DNA of 64,000 bases. Source: a virus (taxonomy: Duplodnaviria; Heunggongvirae; Uroviricota; Caudoviricetes). The notes below the pieces were generated by a model that saw nothing but the letters and a program-made list of their open reading frames with translations, searched no databases and was not told the DNA's origin. The stretch is taken from IMG/VR virus record IMGVR_UViG_3300012983_000030; one strand, given 5' to 3'. The position numbers were made by a program, and so were the translations under genes. Positions 28,616 to 37,022 of this stretch are shown here, piece after piece. The first letter of the stretch is position 1, and every line of letters begins with the position of its first letter.

Positions 28616-31150
28616 ATGGCAAGCTTTGTAGAAACTACAGCGATTTCTTTAAGAAAAGGCGATACTACTGCAAATATGAATTTCACAGGTATACTAGGTG
28701 AAATTACTGCAGATTTGGGATATACTTCTTCTGGAGGTGCCCAAGGTACAGATATTAATACAACACTTAGATTACATAATGGTGTAACTAAAGGTGGTAT
28801 TCCAATGTGTCGTGCTGATACAAGAAATATCACATCACAAGTACTTGCCGAAAATCGTCCTTTGTTCGGTGATAAAAACTTAGCTTATGCAGATTTAAGC
28901 AATATTGAAAAATTAACAGATGCTCCTACAATAGAAAGAGTAGTTACTGTATTGACTGAATATGGATTAAATTCAGTTGATAATATGAATGAAACATTAA
29001 AACAATATGCTTTAGCTGATATGTCAAACGTTTTGACAAATACTCTTGCAAATAATCGTGGTACTGGCAAAAATGGTAATCTTGCATATGCAGATACTAC
29101 AAATATAAATACTGCAGATTTAGTTGATATTACAAAACACAATGGAACAAATGGAAATGGTGCTTTAGCTTATGCTGATATGGCAAATGTTGATACAACT
29201 AATCTTACAGAAAGTGTAGATACTCGTCCTTCTACAATGAAAGGCCCAGTATTAGCAAAGGCAGATTTATCAAATGTTTCTCAAGATACTTGGTCAAATG
29301 TTTTCTTTGATCAAGATTTAGGATATGAATTAGAAACTACTAGAAATAAAGATGCTGATATTCCAGCAATAGATAGTTTAATACAAGATGGTCATTATCC
29401 AGAAACAAAAGCAGTAAAACGCTATGTAGATTCTAAATTTGAAGATACCGGATTCTTAACTACTGATTTAATGAATATTAAATCTTATGAACCATTATAT
29501 GCAACAAATGACAAAACAATATTTACCTATGTAAATGATTACACTACTATCTTAAAAGCTGGTACAAATTTTATGCCAGATAGTGAATATTTTACAGGAA
29601 TATGGTTAGCAAATGATGGTAAAGTATTATCTGTTATTGTAGACGCAGTTGATGCAAATGGCTATCCAACATTAGCAGAATCTGGACTTTCTTTTAAAAA
29701 CGGTGATAAAGAAATTACTTCTGCTACTATTACTTCTGATAATAATAAAACAGTAACATATGATATTGTTAGTACTCTAGATACTGCTACAAATCTTTAT
29801 ACATATAAAATTACAGCGATTAATTTACCAGTAAATGCTACTGAAGGTGGATTTATAGCTGGAAAAGAATATACTGTTAATAATAGTCCATTGATTATTC
29901 CTCCTCTGACTGTAATAATCAATAGTGTTACAGAAGATACTGGAGCGATTACTTCTTATACTTACTCTCCTGAATCTGGATACACTTATTTTGATCCAAT
30001 CACATTAAAAATATATTCAGCATCTAATACAGAAGCAGATTTATATTTAAGCTGTGCTTCTGAATTACCAAAAATCGGTGGTGCAGGTTTATTAAAACTC
30101 AATCTTACAAACTTGCCTGGTATGGATGATACTGATAAATTAGATGCAGAATCTAAACCATGGAGAATTAATTATAAAGATGAAATTCCTACAGTAGATG
30201 TTACTACAATTGAAGAGCAAAACACTTATAATTTAGCTACAATAGGTCAAGTGTGGGAAGCTTTACGTAAAATTTCAACACAAAGAACTGGTGAATTTGT
30301 ACATACAAAGTATGATGAAACCATCAATGGTACTAAAACATTTACATCCGGTCCATATGTAAGACGCTCAGGAAACTATGGAGCTTTAAATATAGTAAAT
30401 ACTAATTATGATGTATTAACTATACCTACTGCCAACCAGTACCAACATATTGTTTGGAATGACAAAAATAATAAAAATATGAGCTATATTCAGCAACATG
30501 TTTCTACAGATGGTACAGTTTCACTTGCTCATGTTGCTTCTAATTATAAAGAAGATAATACCAGAGTAAATTGTGCAATTTCAGCTTATGTTAAAAAAGA
30601 TGGTACAACATATACTTCTGCTCCTACACCTCCAGCCGGTGATAATAGTACAAAAATTGCAACTACAAACTGGTGTTATGATCCTGCTAAATCAACAAAT
30701 CTTGTTCACAGAACAGGTAATGAAACAATCGCCGGTACAAAGACATTTTCAAGTACAATAAATGCTACAGCATTATATGCTCAATATGCCGACCTTGCAG
30801 AAAAATATAAATCTGACATCAAATATCCTATAGGTACACTTATTCAATTTGGTGGTGAAAAAGATATAACTGTAGCCACAACTGAAGTAAATGGTGTAAT
30901 TTCTGAAAAACCGGCTCTTGTATTAAATAAAAATGAAAGAGGTCAAGCTGTTGCATTAGCCGGAAAGACTAAAGTAAGAGTATTAGGTAAAGTAAATAAA
31001 TTTGATAAATTAATTCTTTCTAACACTCCTGGTATAGCTAGAGTTAAAAAATGGAATGACTTTGGCAAAAAAGTTATTGCTATAGCTTTAGAAACCAATC
31101 AAGATACTGATGAAAAACTAATAATGAGTGTAACAAAAATTACATTTTAA
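28616..31150 (+). CDS. Tail fibre protein
   Basis: Mtd-N-like start (LR.G.T....FTG..GEIT.D), LA.AD..NV repeats, ETI.GTKTF repeats, DNSTKIATT, C-terminal YADLAEKY domain. Confidence 0.8.
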   Translation: MASFVETTAISLRKGDTTANMNFTGILGEITADLGYTSSGGAQGTDINTTLRLHNGVTKGGIPMCRADTRNITSQVLAENRPLFGDKNLAYADLSNIEKLTDAPTIERVVTVLTEYGLNSVDNMNETLKQYALADMSNVLTNTLANNRGTGKNGNLAYADTTNINTADLVDITKHNGTNGNGALAYADMANVDTTNLTESVDTRPSTMKGPVLAKADLSNVSQDTWSNVFFDQDLGYELETTRNKDADIPAIDSLIQDGHYPETKAVKRYVDSKFEDTGFLTTDLMNIKSYEPLYATNDKTIFTYVNDYTTILKAGTNFMPDSEYFTGIWLANDGKVLSVIVDAVDANGYPTLAESGLSFKNGDKEITSATITSDNNKTVTYDIVSTLDTATNLYTYKITAINLPVNATEGGFIAGKEYTVNNSPLIIPPLTVIINSVTEDTGAITSYTYSPESGYTYFDPITLKIYSASNTEADLYLSCASELPKIGGAGLLKLNLTNLPGMDDTDKLDAESKPWRINYKDEIPTVDVTTIEEQNTYNLATIGQVWEALRKISTQRTGEFVHTKYDETINGTKTFTSGPYVRRSGNYGALNIVNTNYDVLTIPTANQYQHIVWNDKNNKNMSYIQQHVSTDGTVSLAHVASNYKEDNTRVNCAISAYVKKDGTTYTSAPTPPAGDNSTKIATTNWCYDPAKSTNLVHRTGNETIAGTKTFSSTINATALYAQYADLAEKYKSDIKYPIGTLIQFGGEKDITVATTEVNGVISEKPALVLNKNERGQAVALAGKTKVRVLGKVNKFDKLILSNTPGIARVKKWNDFGKKVIAIALETNQDTDEKLIMSVTKITF

Positions 31151-31152
31151 AG

Positions 31153-31181
31153 AAAAGCCCCTTTAATTAGGGGCCTTTTTT
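31153..31181. terminator. Bidirectional intrinsic terminator
   Basis: GCCCCT/AGGGGC stem flanked by A and T runs between convergent genes. Confidence 0.8.
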
Positions 31182-33483
31182 ATAAATCGATTTTTACAGT
31201 AGCTTCTAAAGCTTTCTTTTGATTCATTTCTTCAGTTAGCTTTGATAATAACCAATCTTTATCTGCTAATTTATTAACATACTCTGCTTTTTTCTTAACT
31301 ATTGCAAAATCACCAGATGTTAATTTAGATAAATGTAATTTTTCAGTAATATTTATTCCAAAGAAAAATTTAAAAGCTTTTTTAATCTGTTCTTCTGTCA
31401 AATAATCATGTTTAACTTTATATAAAATTCTACGCATAACCGCAGGATCTAAATTATCATATAAATTTGTAGTCATAATAAATGGATATGGATGAAATTC
31501 CATTGCAGTAAGAAGGGCTTCTGTTTGTGTTACTTCCCAACTTCTAAATGCACATTGTCTATCTCTTAATAATGAATCACATTCATCTAAGATTATTAAT
31601 GACTTTTCAGCTTCTGCTCTTTCAAATAATCGTGTAATATTTTTTTCTGTTTCTCCTACCCACATAGAAGATAATTCAGAATAAGTTGTATTTATTACAG
31701 ATAGATTTAATTCTTGTGCCAAATAGCGTCCAAAACTCGTTTTAGAGCTCCCTGGAACGCCATATAATAACAAACTGAAGTCTAACCTACCGTTTTGCTT
31801 AATTGCTTCTGTAAGAGCAATTAAATCCTCAGAGCTATTTACTAATTCTGGATTAAAAGAAAACTTATTGGTTGGCATTTTTTTAATTGCTTCCCCATAG
31901 TTTTGTCCTTTTAATACATCTTTTAAATCCATAATCATTTTATTTTTATCTAAAAATCCAGATAATTTAAAATTACGAATTATTTTTTCAACAATACCTA
32001 TGGTTGGCTTGTATTGTATACAACTTGTCATAAATGTATCTTCTAATTGTATATTTTCTTTTTTTGCAATCTTATTTATAATATCTTTATAAATCTCATT
32101 TGGTATATTATCGATATTTAATACATAAGTAAAACGTCTAATAAAAGAAGATTCCATTGTACGTAACGAATTAGTAGTCCAAATTACAGGAGTAGGATTC
32201 TCTTCTAAAATAGTATTTACAAAACCTTTAGCTTGAGCAGCTAAATGTTCACGCCTAAAAAAATCTTCAGCTTCATCATATAATATCACTGCATTGTTAT
32301 TTTTATTTAGTATTCTTTTAGCGACTATAAAGTTTTTAATCCTAATATCGTTACTCAAAACACTTTCATTATGTAATCTATCAACTGGTCTTAGCTCATT
32401 TTCTACAGATGTACTTACTTCATATCCTTCTGCACCTATATCATTGATTAATACGCGTGATAAGGCTGTTTTTCCGCTTCCTGGATTGCCATATAGTAAA
32501 ATGTTAATACCTTTTACTTTTTTAGTTAAACTATTGCTCAAAAGCGATTTTATGTATTCATATTGCTCTATAAAAGAAAAATCTTTTTGTGTTAATGTTG
32601 TTTCTTTTAAACGAGGTAAATAAAATTCTATAAATTCTTTTTCTGAGCTATATTCTCTTAAACAACCGCTTAATACATTAGTTTGTAAGTTAATATCTAA
32701 TCTACCTTTATCTTCAAAAAGAGAATTGCCATTATACTCAAATAATATTACTTTATAGTTTTCTAAAGTAGCTTTATTTAAATTTTTAATATTTATAAAT
32801 TCAAGTATCTTAGAAAAAGTACTTTTGTTATATGGTAAATTGTCCTTAAAATAAGATACATTTGAATATAATAAAAATTCTGAAAATTTCATTATTTTTT
32901 CATCTGATATTTTTAATAAGTCAAAATATCTATATAGGTTCTCTGTATAAAAAGCTTTCTTTAATTTATTTGGATTTTGGGAATTTAACCAATTATAAAT
33001 AATTGATAAAATTTCTTCAACTGCACCTTTTATTATATTATTAACATTTTTATTAAAACTCAATACCCGTTTATCAATTAATGGATATCCTTTATTTTCC
33101 ATACTTTTTTTAAGTAAGTCTTGAACTGATTTATCTTCTGTAATTTTATTTTCTATTGAAGATAATGAGTATTTTCTTATTTCTGGAATAATTCTCAAAT
33201 AATCTTTTTGTAAAGACCAAAATAAATCAAAAGCATTTTCATTATAAGCTAAAAAATTTTTAGAAAATGATTTAAACAATTTTGAATATTGATTATATAA
33301 ATACTCTATAAATTTATATTTCTCATATTCGTTTACTTTATAATTTCCATAGAAATATGTAGCTGCAGTTACACAATCCTCTTTTTGACAATTTTCATCT
33401 TCTAGTAGCTCACCGAGTGCTATCATTTCAAATTTAAATTGAATTTTCTTTTCTTTTTTCACGCTCATTCTTTTAACTCTCAC
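31180..33483 (-). CDS. Tandem double AAA+ ATPase
   Basis: YGNPGSGKT/YDEAE and YGVPGSSKT/LDECD, WVGETEKNI pore loop, TTN sensor, RR fingers; alternative ATG at 33468. Confidence 0.88.
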   Translation of the reverse strand: MRVKRMSVKKEKKIQFKFEMIALGELLEDENCQKEDCVTAATYFYGNYKVNEYEKYKFIEYLYNQYSKLFKSFSKNFLAYNENAFDLFWSLQKDYLRIIPEIRKYSLSSIENKITEDKSVQDLLKKSMENKGYPLIDKRVLSFNKNVNNIIKGAVEEILSIIYNWLNSQNPNKLKKAFYTENLYRYFDLLKISDEKIMKFSEFLLYSNVSYFKDNLPYNKSTFSKILEFINIKNLNKATLENYKVILFEYNGNSLFEDKGRLDINLQTNVLSGCLREYSSEKEFIEFYLPRLKETTLTQKDFSFIEQYEYIKSLLSNSLTKKVKGINILLYGNPGSGKTALSRVLINDIGAEGYEVSTSVENELRPVDRLHNESVLSNDIRIKNFIVAKRILNKNNNAVILYDEAEDFFRREHLAAQAKGFVNTILEENPTPVIWTTNSLRTMESSFIRRFTYVLNIDNIPNEIYKDIINKIAKKENIQLEDTFMTSCIQYKPTIGIVEKIIRNFKLSGFLDKNKMIMDLKDVLKGQNYGEAIKKMPTNKFSFNPELVNSSEDLIALTEAIKQNGRLDFSLLLYGVPGSSKTSFGRYLAQELNLSVINTTYSELSSMWVGETEKNITRLFERAEAEKSLIILDECDSLLRDRQCAFRSWEVTQTEALLTAMEFHPYPFIMTTNLYDNLDPAVMRRILYKVKHDYLTEEQIKKAFKFFFGINITEKLHLSKLTSGDFAIVKKKAEYVNKLADKDWLLSKLTEEMNQKKALEATVKIDL

Positions 33484-33505
33484 TTGTATGAATTGATTTA
33501 TTAAA

Positions 33506-33534
33506 AGAATTTAAATAAATAATTTTTCTACTAA
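33506..33534 (-). promoter_or_regulatory. Putative promoter TTAGTA-N17-AATTCT for the AAA ATPase
   Basis: Third copy of the TTAGTAGAAA motif. Confidence 0.5.
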
Positions 33535-33559
33535 ATAAATTATAAGTGCAATTTTTTGT

Positions 33560-33587
33560 TTTACAATTAAATAAATATTTTTATAAT
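33560..33587 (+). promoter_or_regulatory. sigma70-like promoter TTTACA-N16-TATAAT
   Basis: Upstream of ATG 33617. Confidence 0.55.
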
Positions 33588-33616
33588 AAAAATATGTTTA
33601 AACATGGGAGTATGAA

Positions 33617-33847
33617 ATGCGTATTATAAATTTAGATGAAACAGGAATAAAAATAATTACTTCTACTAAAAAGCAAATGTACTTATCTTTAGCTGAAATT
33701 AAAGAATTTATTGCCAAAAAATATATTATTACTGATAATATATTGACATTTGACAAGAAAAAGTTAATTCTATCAGATAAAGACTTATTAGAATTTCCTA
33801 ATATTGTTGATTATATTAAAGATAATTTTGAAAGTAAAGTGAGTTAA
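33617..33847 (+). CDS. Hypothetical protein
   Basis: GGGAG RBS, coupled to the next ORF. Confidence 0.55.
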   Translation: MRIINLDETGIKIITSTKKQMYLSLAEIKEFIAKKYIITDNILTFDKKKLILSDKDLLEFPNIVDYIKDNFESKVS

Positions 33848-34071
33848 TGATGTTAAAAAGAAAAAAAGTAAAGATTTATCAAGAAATTGATGAGTCTAAG
33901 TTAAAAATGCTCAAATTATTTGAGTCAACAGATGGAAATTATAATGAATTGGGATTTGCAATTAATTATACACGTATACCTGGTGGATTAGTGCGTTTAG
34001 TGATTACACCAGAAGCAATAGATCAACTTTTTATTCCATTACCTGCTAGCTATTTTAATCTATCCGTGTAA
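33847..34071 (+). CDS. Hypothetical protein
   Basis: 74-aa ORF, TAATG overlap with the previous gene. Confidence 0.55.
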   Translation: MMLKRKKVKIYQEIDESKLKMLKLFESTDGNYNELGFAINYTRIPGGLVRLVITPEAIDQLFIPLPASYFNLSV

Positions 34072-34519
34072 TTTCTAAAGTATATTGATTTTTTGTTTTA
34101 AGCGGAGTCGCTACTAAATTTAATTTTGGATAATGTGTATTTACTAACTCTTTCCAAAGTAAAAATTCATTTGTCATTAAACCGGATTGTCCTGTTATAA
34201 TTTTTGCTTTATACTTTTTAAAATTTGGACATATATCACAGCTATCTACAATATCTTTAAATTCATTAAAAGCATCTATTAAATCTTTATTTTCCCAATT
34301 TATTATTTTTGGTAAAGTGCTTACTAGATTTTCTAAAACTTTTTCGTGTAATCTTTTGTTAATATTATAATCAATTATATATAATGCTAATGCTTCATCA
34401 CTCATATTTTTATTTTTTGTATTACGCATAGCGAAATTAGCTGCTTTTACAACATTGTCATACCAATCCTGTGTAAAAATTTCATCTAAATTATCGAATA
34501 TATTGTCTCTATTCATCAT
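34055..34519 (-). CDS. Hypothetical protein
   Basis: 154-aa ORF with AAGGA RBS. Confidence 0.55.
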   Translation of the reverse strand: MMNRDNIFDNLDEIFTQDWYDNVVKAANFAMRNTKNKNMSDEALALYIIDYNINKRLHEKVLENLVSTLPKIINWENKDLIDAFNEFKDIVDSCDICPNFKKYKAKIITGQSGLMTNEFLLWKELVNTHYPKLNLVATPLKTKNQYTLEITRID

Positions 34520-34580
34520 ATTCCTTGTGAATAATTTATTTATATAATATTAGAATATAAATAAATATAAATCATATAAA

Positions 34581-35432
34581 TTATTTTTCTAACAGTAAAG
34601 TTTCATCACTATATTTATTAGTTGTTAATATTTTAATGTTATTTGCTAATAATTGTTCACGTTTAGACATAAACTCCAAACCTTTACTTTTAGACATTTG
34701 CTCATTCGGTAAATATATATTCCAATATTTACTTAATTCTCCAGCTCCAGTCACTCCATCAAATTCAAAAAAATCAGATGGAGCAAAAAATGATTCTCCA
34801 ATTGGACTTATTATGTCTATAACTGTACTTTTATAATTTAACCATTTACCTTCTTCATCTACTAATGCTAAAAACCAATCAGCATCATCTAATAAGATTA
34901 TATTTCCTTTATTATCTAATGCATAATCGATATGCTTATTCATACAATCACGTACTAATTTCAAAGCGCGTGCTTTAGGAAAATAATCCTTAATCTGAAG
35001 AAATATTTGATTTAACAATAACTTTTCTTCTAATAATTCTAAAGTCTTATTCCAACCTAATAAAATTTTATCAAAAGGTAATTTTTCATCACATACTTGT
35101 AATGGTTCACGCTGCTCAATCTGAAATACTTGGTTATCATAATAAAATGTTCTAATATACCAATGAATACCATATAATTCATTATAAATTTTCGCTAGCT
35201 CTTCTCTGGCTTTGGCAAAAAATTCACCTGCTTTTATATCTGCCATATATAGTTTATAAAAATAATTTTCGGTACCCACTACCAATTGACTAGAGCTATC
35301 TTTCCATTTTACCCATAAATCAGGGGAAGTAGTTGTATCTAATTCTTTTATCGCATCTATAAATACTTCAAAATTTTTTGAATTTGAAGTTTTGGTGTTA
35401 AATGGAATCCAATTAGTTAATTCATTTGACAT
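34581..35432 (-). CDS. Hypothetical protein, possible kinase-like fold
   Basis: YFYKLY, IEQRE.L, LVRD, IILLD spacing loosely resembles the protein-kinase-like fold. Confidence 0.35.
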   Translation of the reverse strand: MSNELTNWIPFNTKTSNSKNFEVFIDAIKELDTTTSPDLWVKWKDSSSQLVVGTENYFYKLYMADIKAGEFFAKAREELAKIYNELYGIHWYIRTFYYDNQVFQIEQREPLQVCDEKLPFDKILLGWNKTLELLEEKLLLNQIFLQIKDYFPKARALKLVRDCMNKHIDYALDNKGNIILLDDADWFLALVDEEGKWLNYKSTVIDIISPIGESFFAPSDFFEFDGVTGAGELSKYWNIYLPNEQMSKSKGLEFMSKREQLLANNIKILTTNKYSDETLLLEK

Positions 35433-35435
35433 TGT

Positions 35436-36131
35436 TTATTTCAATATACCTTTTGCTGTATTTAAAATGGCTTTTCTTTCTTCTAAGCCATTTGTTCCAC
35501 CATTAATTCTCTTTGTAATTGTTAGAACATCATCTTTATCAGCATACTCATTTAATTTTTTAGAATTCCAAAACCAACACGCTGCTAAAACACTAGCATC
35601 TGCGCATTCAATTAATAAATCTGGATTATTTATTAAATCTAAGCCTATTGCTTTTCCACAAGCTTCATAATTACATTTACCAGTTAATTGAATTAAACCT
35701 CTACCTCTATATTTCCATCCATCTCCAGAAGCTTCATCTCCATTGCCCATTCTATTTGCATACACTCTATTTGCTATTTTTTCTGGTTTTCTAGCATATT
35801 CATTAGCAATAGCATCTGTTTTAAAATATTTACAGAAAACACTCTTTAATGCATTAGCAGAATAATTTAAATTTTCAGATTTAAACTTAAAATGTCCACT
35901 TTCATGAATAATCTGAGCTAAAAAATGACATACTCTTAATTTTGTATTCAATTCTTGTTTTTCTAAAAGTGTAATTAATGCATTATAATAATATTCACAA
36001 TCTTGCTTATTTAAATTATTATTTATTTTGATTAATTCTTCTAAAGTAAATAACATAACTTTATCCTCCATTTTTTGGCTTTCTGGCTTAGATAATACTT
36101 TTTTTAAGAATTGTATTATTTTATTAAACAT
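35436..36131 (-). CDS. Endolysin, glycoside hydrolase family 19
   Basis: FLAQ..HESG, ENLNYS, ANRVYANRMGNG, YRGRGLIQLTG, TKRINGG.NGL..R. Confidence 0.93.
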   Translation of the reverse strand: MFNKIIQFLKKVLSKPESQKMEDKVMLFTLEELIKINNNLNKQDCEYYYNALITLLEKQELNTKLRVCHFLAQIIHESGHFKFKSENLNYSANALKSVFCKYFKTDAIANEYARKPEKIANRVYANRMGNGDEASGDGWKYRGRGLIQLTGKCNYEACGKAIGLDLINNPDLLIECADASVLAACWFWNSKKLNEYADKDDVLTITKRINGGTNGLEERKAILNTAKGILK

Positions 36132-36145
36132 CTTTCCTCCTTAAT

Positions 36146-36175
36146 AAAAAAAGGACCTCTAAATAAGGTCCTTTT
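36146..36175 (-). terminator. Intrinsic terminator after the scaffold gene
   Basis: AAGGACC/GGTCCTT stem with a T7 tail on the - strand. Confidence 0.75.
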
Positions 36176-36202
36176 CTTTTTTAATGCCTTTACCTAAAGA
36201 AA

Positions 36203-36925
36203 TTATTTATTCAAGCTAGCAATAGCACGTGCAGCTGGAGTCATATAACGAGTCATTTCTTTCTTTGGTTGAGCTTTTTTAACAGCTTCTAAAAGAATCT
36301 TATTTAATTTATTTGAATTCTCATATAATTTTTGAGCTGTCTTATACATTCTTTCATTTCTTGCTGCAGATTCTGTCAATTCTCTTTCCATTTTTTCACC
36401 TTCAGCAATAACAGCTTCAAAAACGCTATTCATTTCTTTAGCATGTTCTTTAGTTAACTCTTCAGCTTGTTTAGTTAAAGCATGTTCACATAAAGCATTG
36501 ATTTTTTCAATCTTTTCTTTATAGCTTTCTTCACGAGCTTGAGCTTCTTTTAATTGAGCTAATAATTCGTTATTTACTTCACTAGCTTCTTCAACTTTAC
36601 GACTAGAAACATTAATAACGTCTTTCATACCATTGTCTTCTTTTTTACGTTCAGCTTCAACTTTACCTGCTTCTAAACGATCATCTTCACCACCATTCTT
36701 AGATACACCTTCTGCATCAACTGGAACGATTGGACCTTCGTCTTTAGCAACTTCTTTTTCAATTTCTTTTTGTGTAGGTAATTCAGAATCTAAACCTTGA
36801 ATACCTTCGGCTTTAGGAGCTTCTTTTACTTCTTTTGTTTCAATATTTTGCAAAGTATCTTCTGCATTTTTTACGTTCAAAGCATTGCTTTCTTTTAATG
36901 CTTTAATCATTTCTTCTTTAGTCAT
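36203..36925 (-). CDS. Prohead scaffold/core protein (gp22-like)
   Basis: Glu/Lys-rich coiled coil directly downstream of the prohead protease; LKES/LKEA/LTES sites. Confidence 0.55.
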   Translation of the reverse strand: MTKEEMIKALKESNALNVKNAEDTLQNIETKEVKEAPKAEGIQGLDSELPTQKEIEKEVAKDEGPIVPVDAEGVSKNGGEDDRLEAGKVEAERKKEDNGMKDVINVSSRKVEEASEVNNELLAQLKEAQAREESYKEKIEKINALCEHALTKQAEELTKEHAKEMNSVFEAVIAEGEKMERELTESAARNERMYKTAQKLYENSNKLNKILLEAVKKAQPKKEMTRYMTPAARAIASLNK

Positions 36926-36989
36926 GTTTCTAATCCTTATAATCTAGAAAAAAATTAAATTAGTAAAATTGTTTACTATACTCTATATA

Positions 36990-36995
36990 TAGAAC
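36990..36995 (-). promoter_or_regulatory. Putative late-promoter motif GTTCTA
   Basis: Upstream of the scaffold start. Confidence 0.5.
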
Positions 36996-37022
36996 ATATA
37001 ATTAATAAAATTAAGCTATTAA

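Noticed and set aside
26281-31150. Diversity-generating retroelement target, suggested by the Mtd-N-like domain
   Set aside because: No reverse transcriptase or adenine-mismatched TR/VR pair seen in this window
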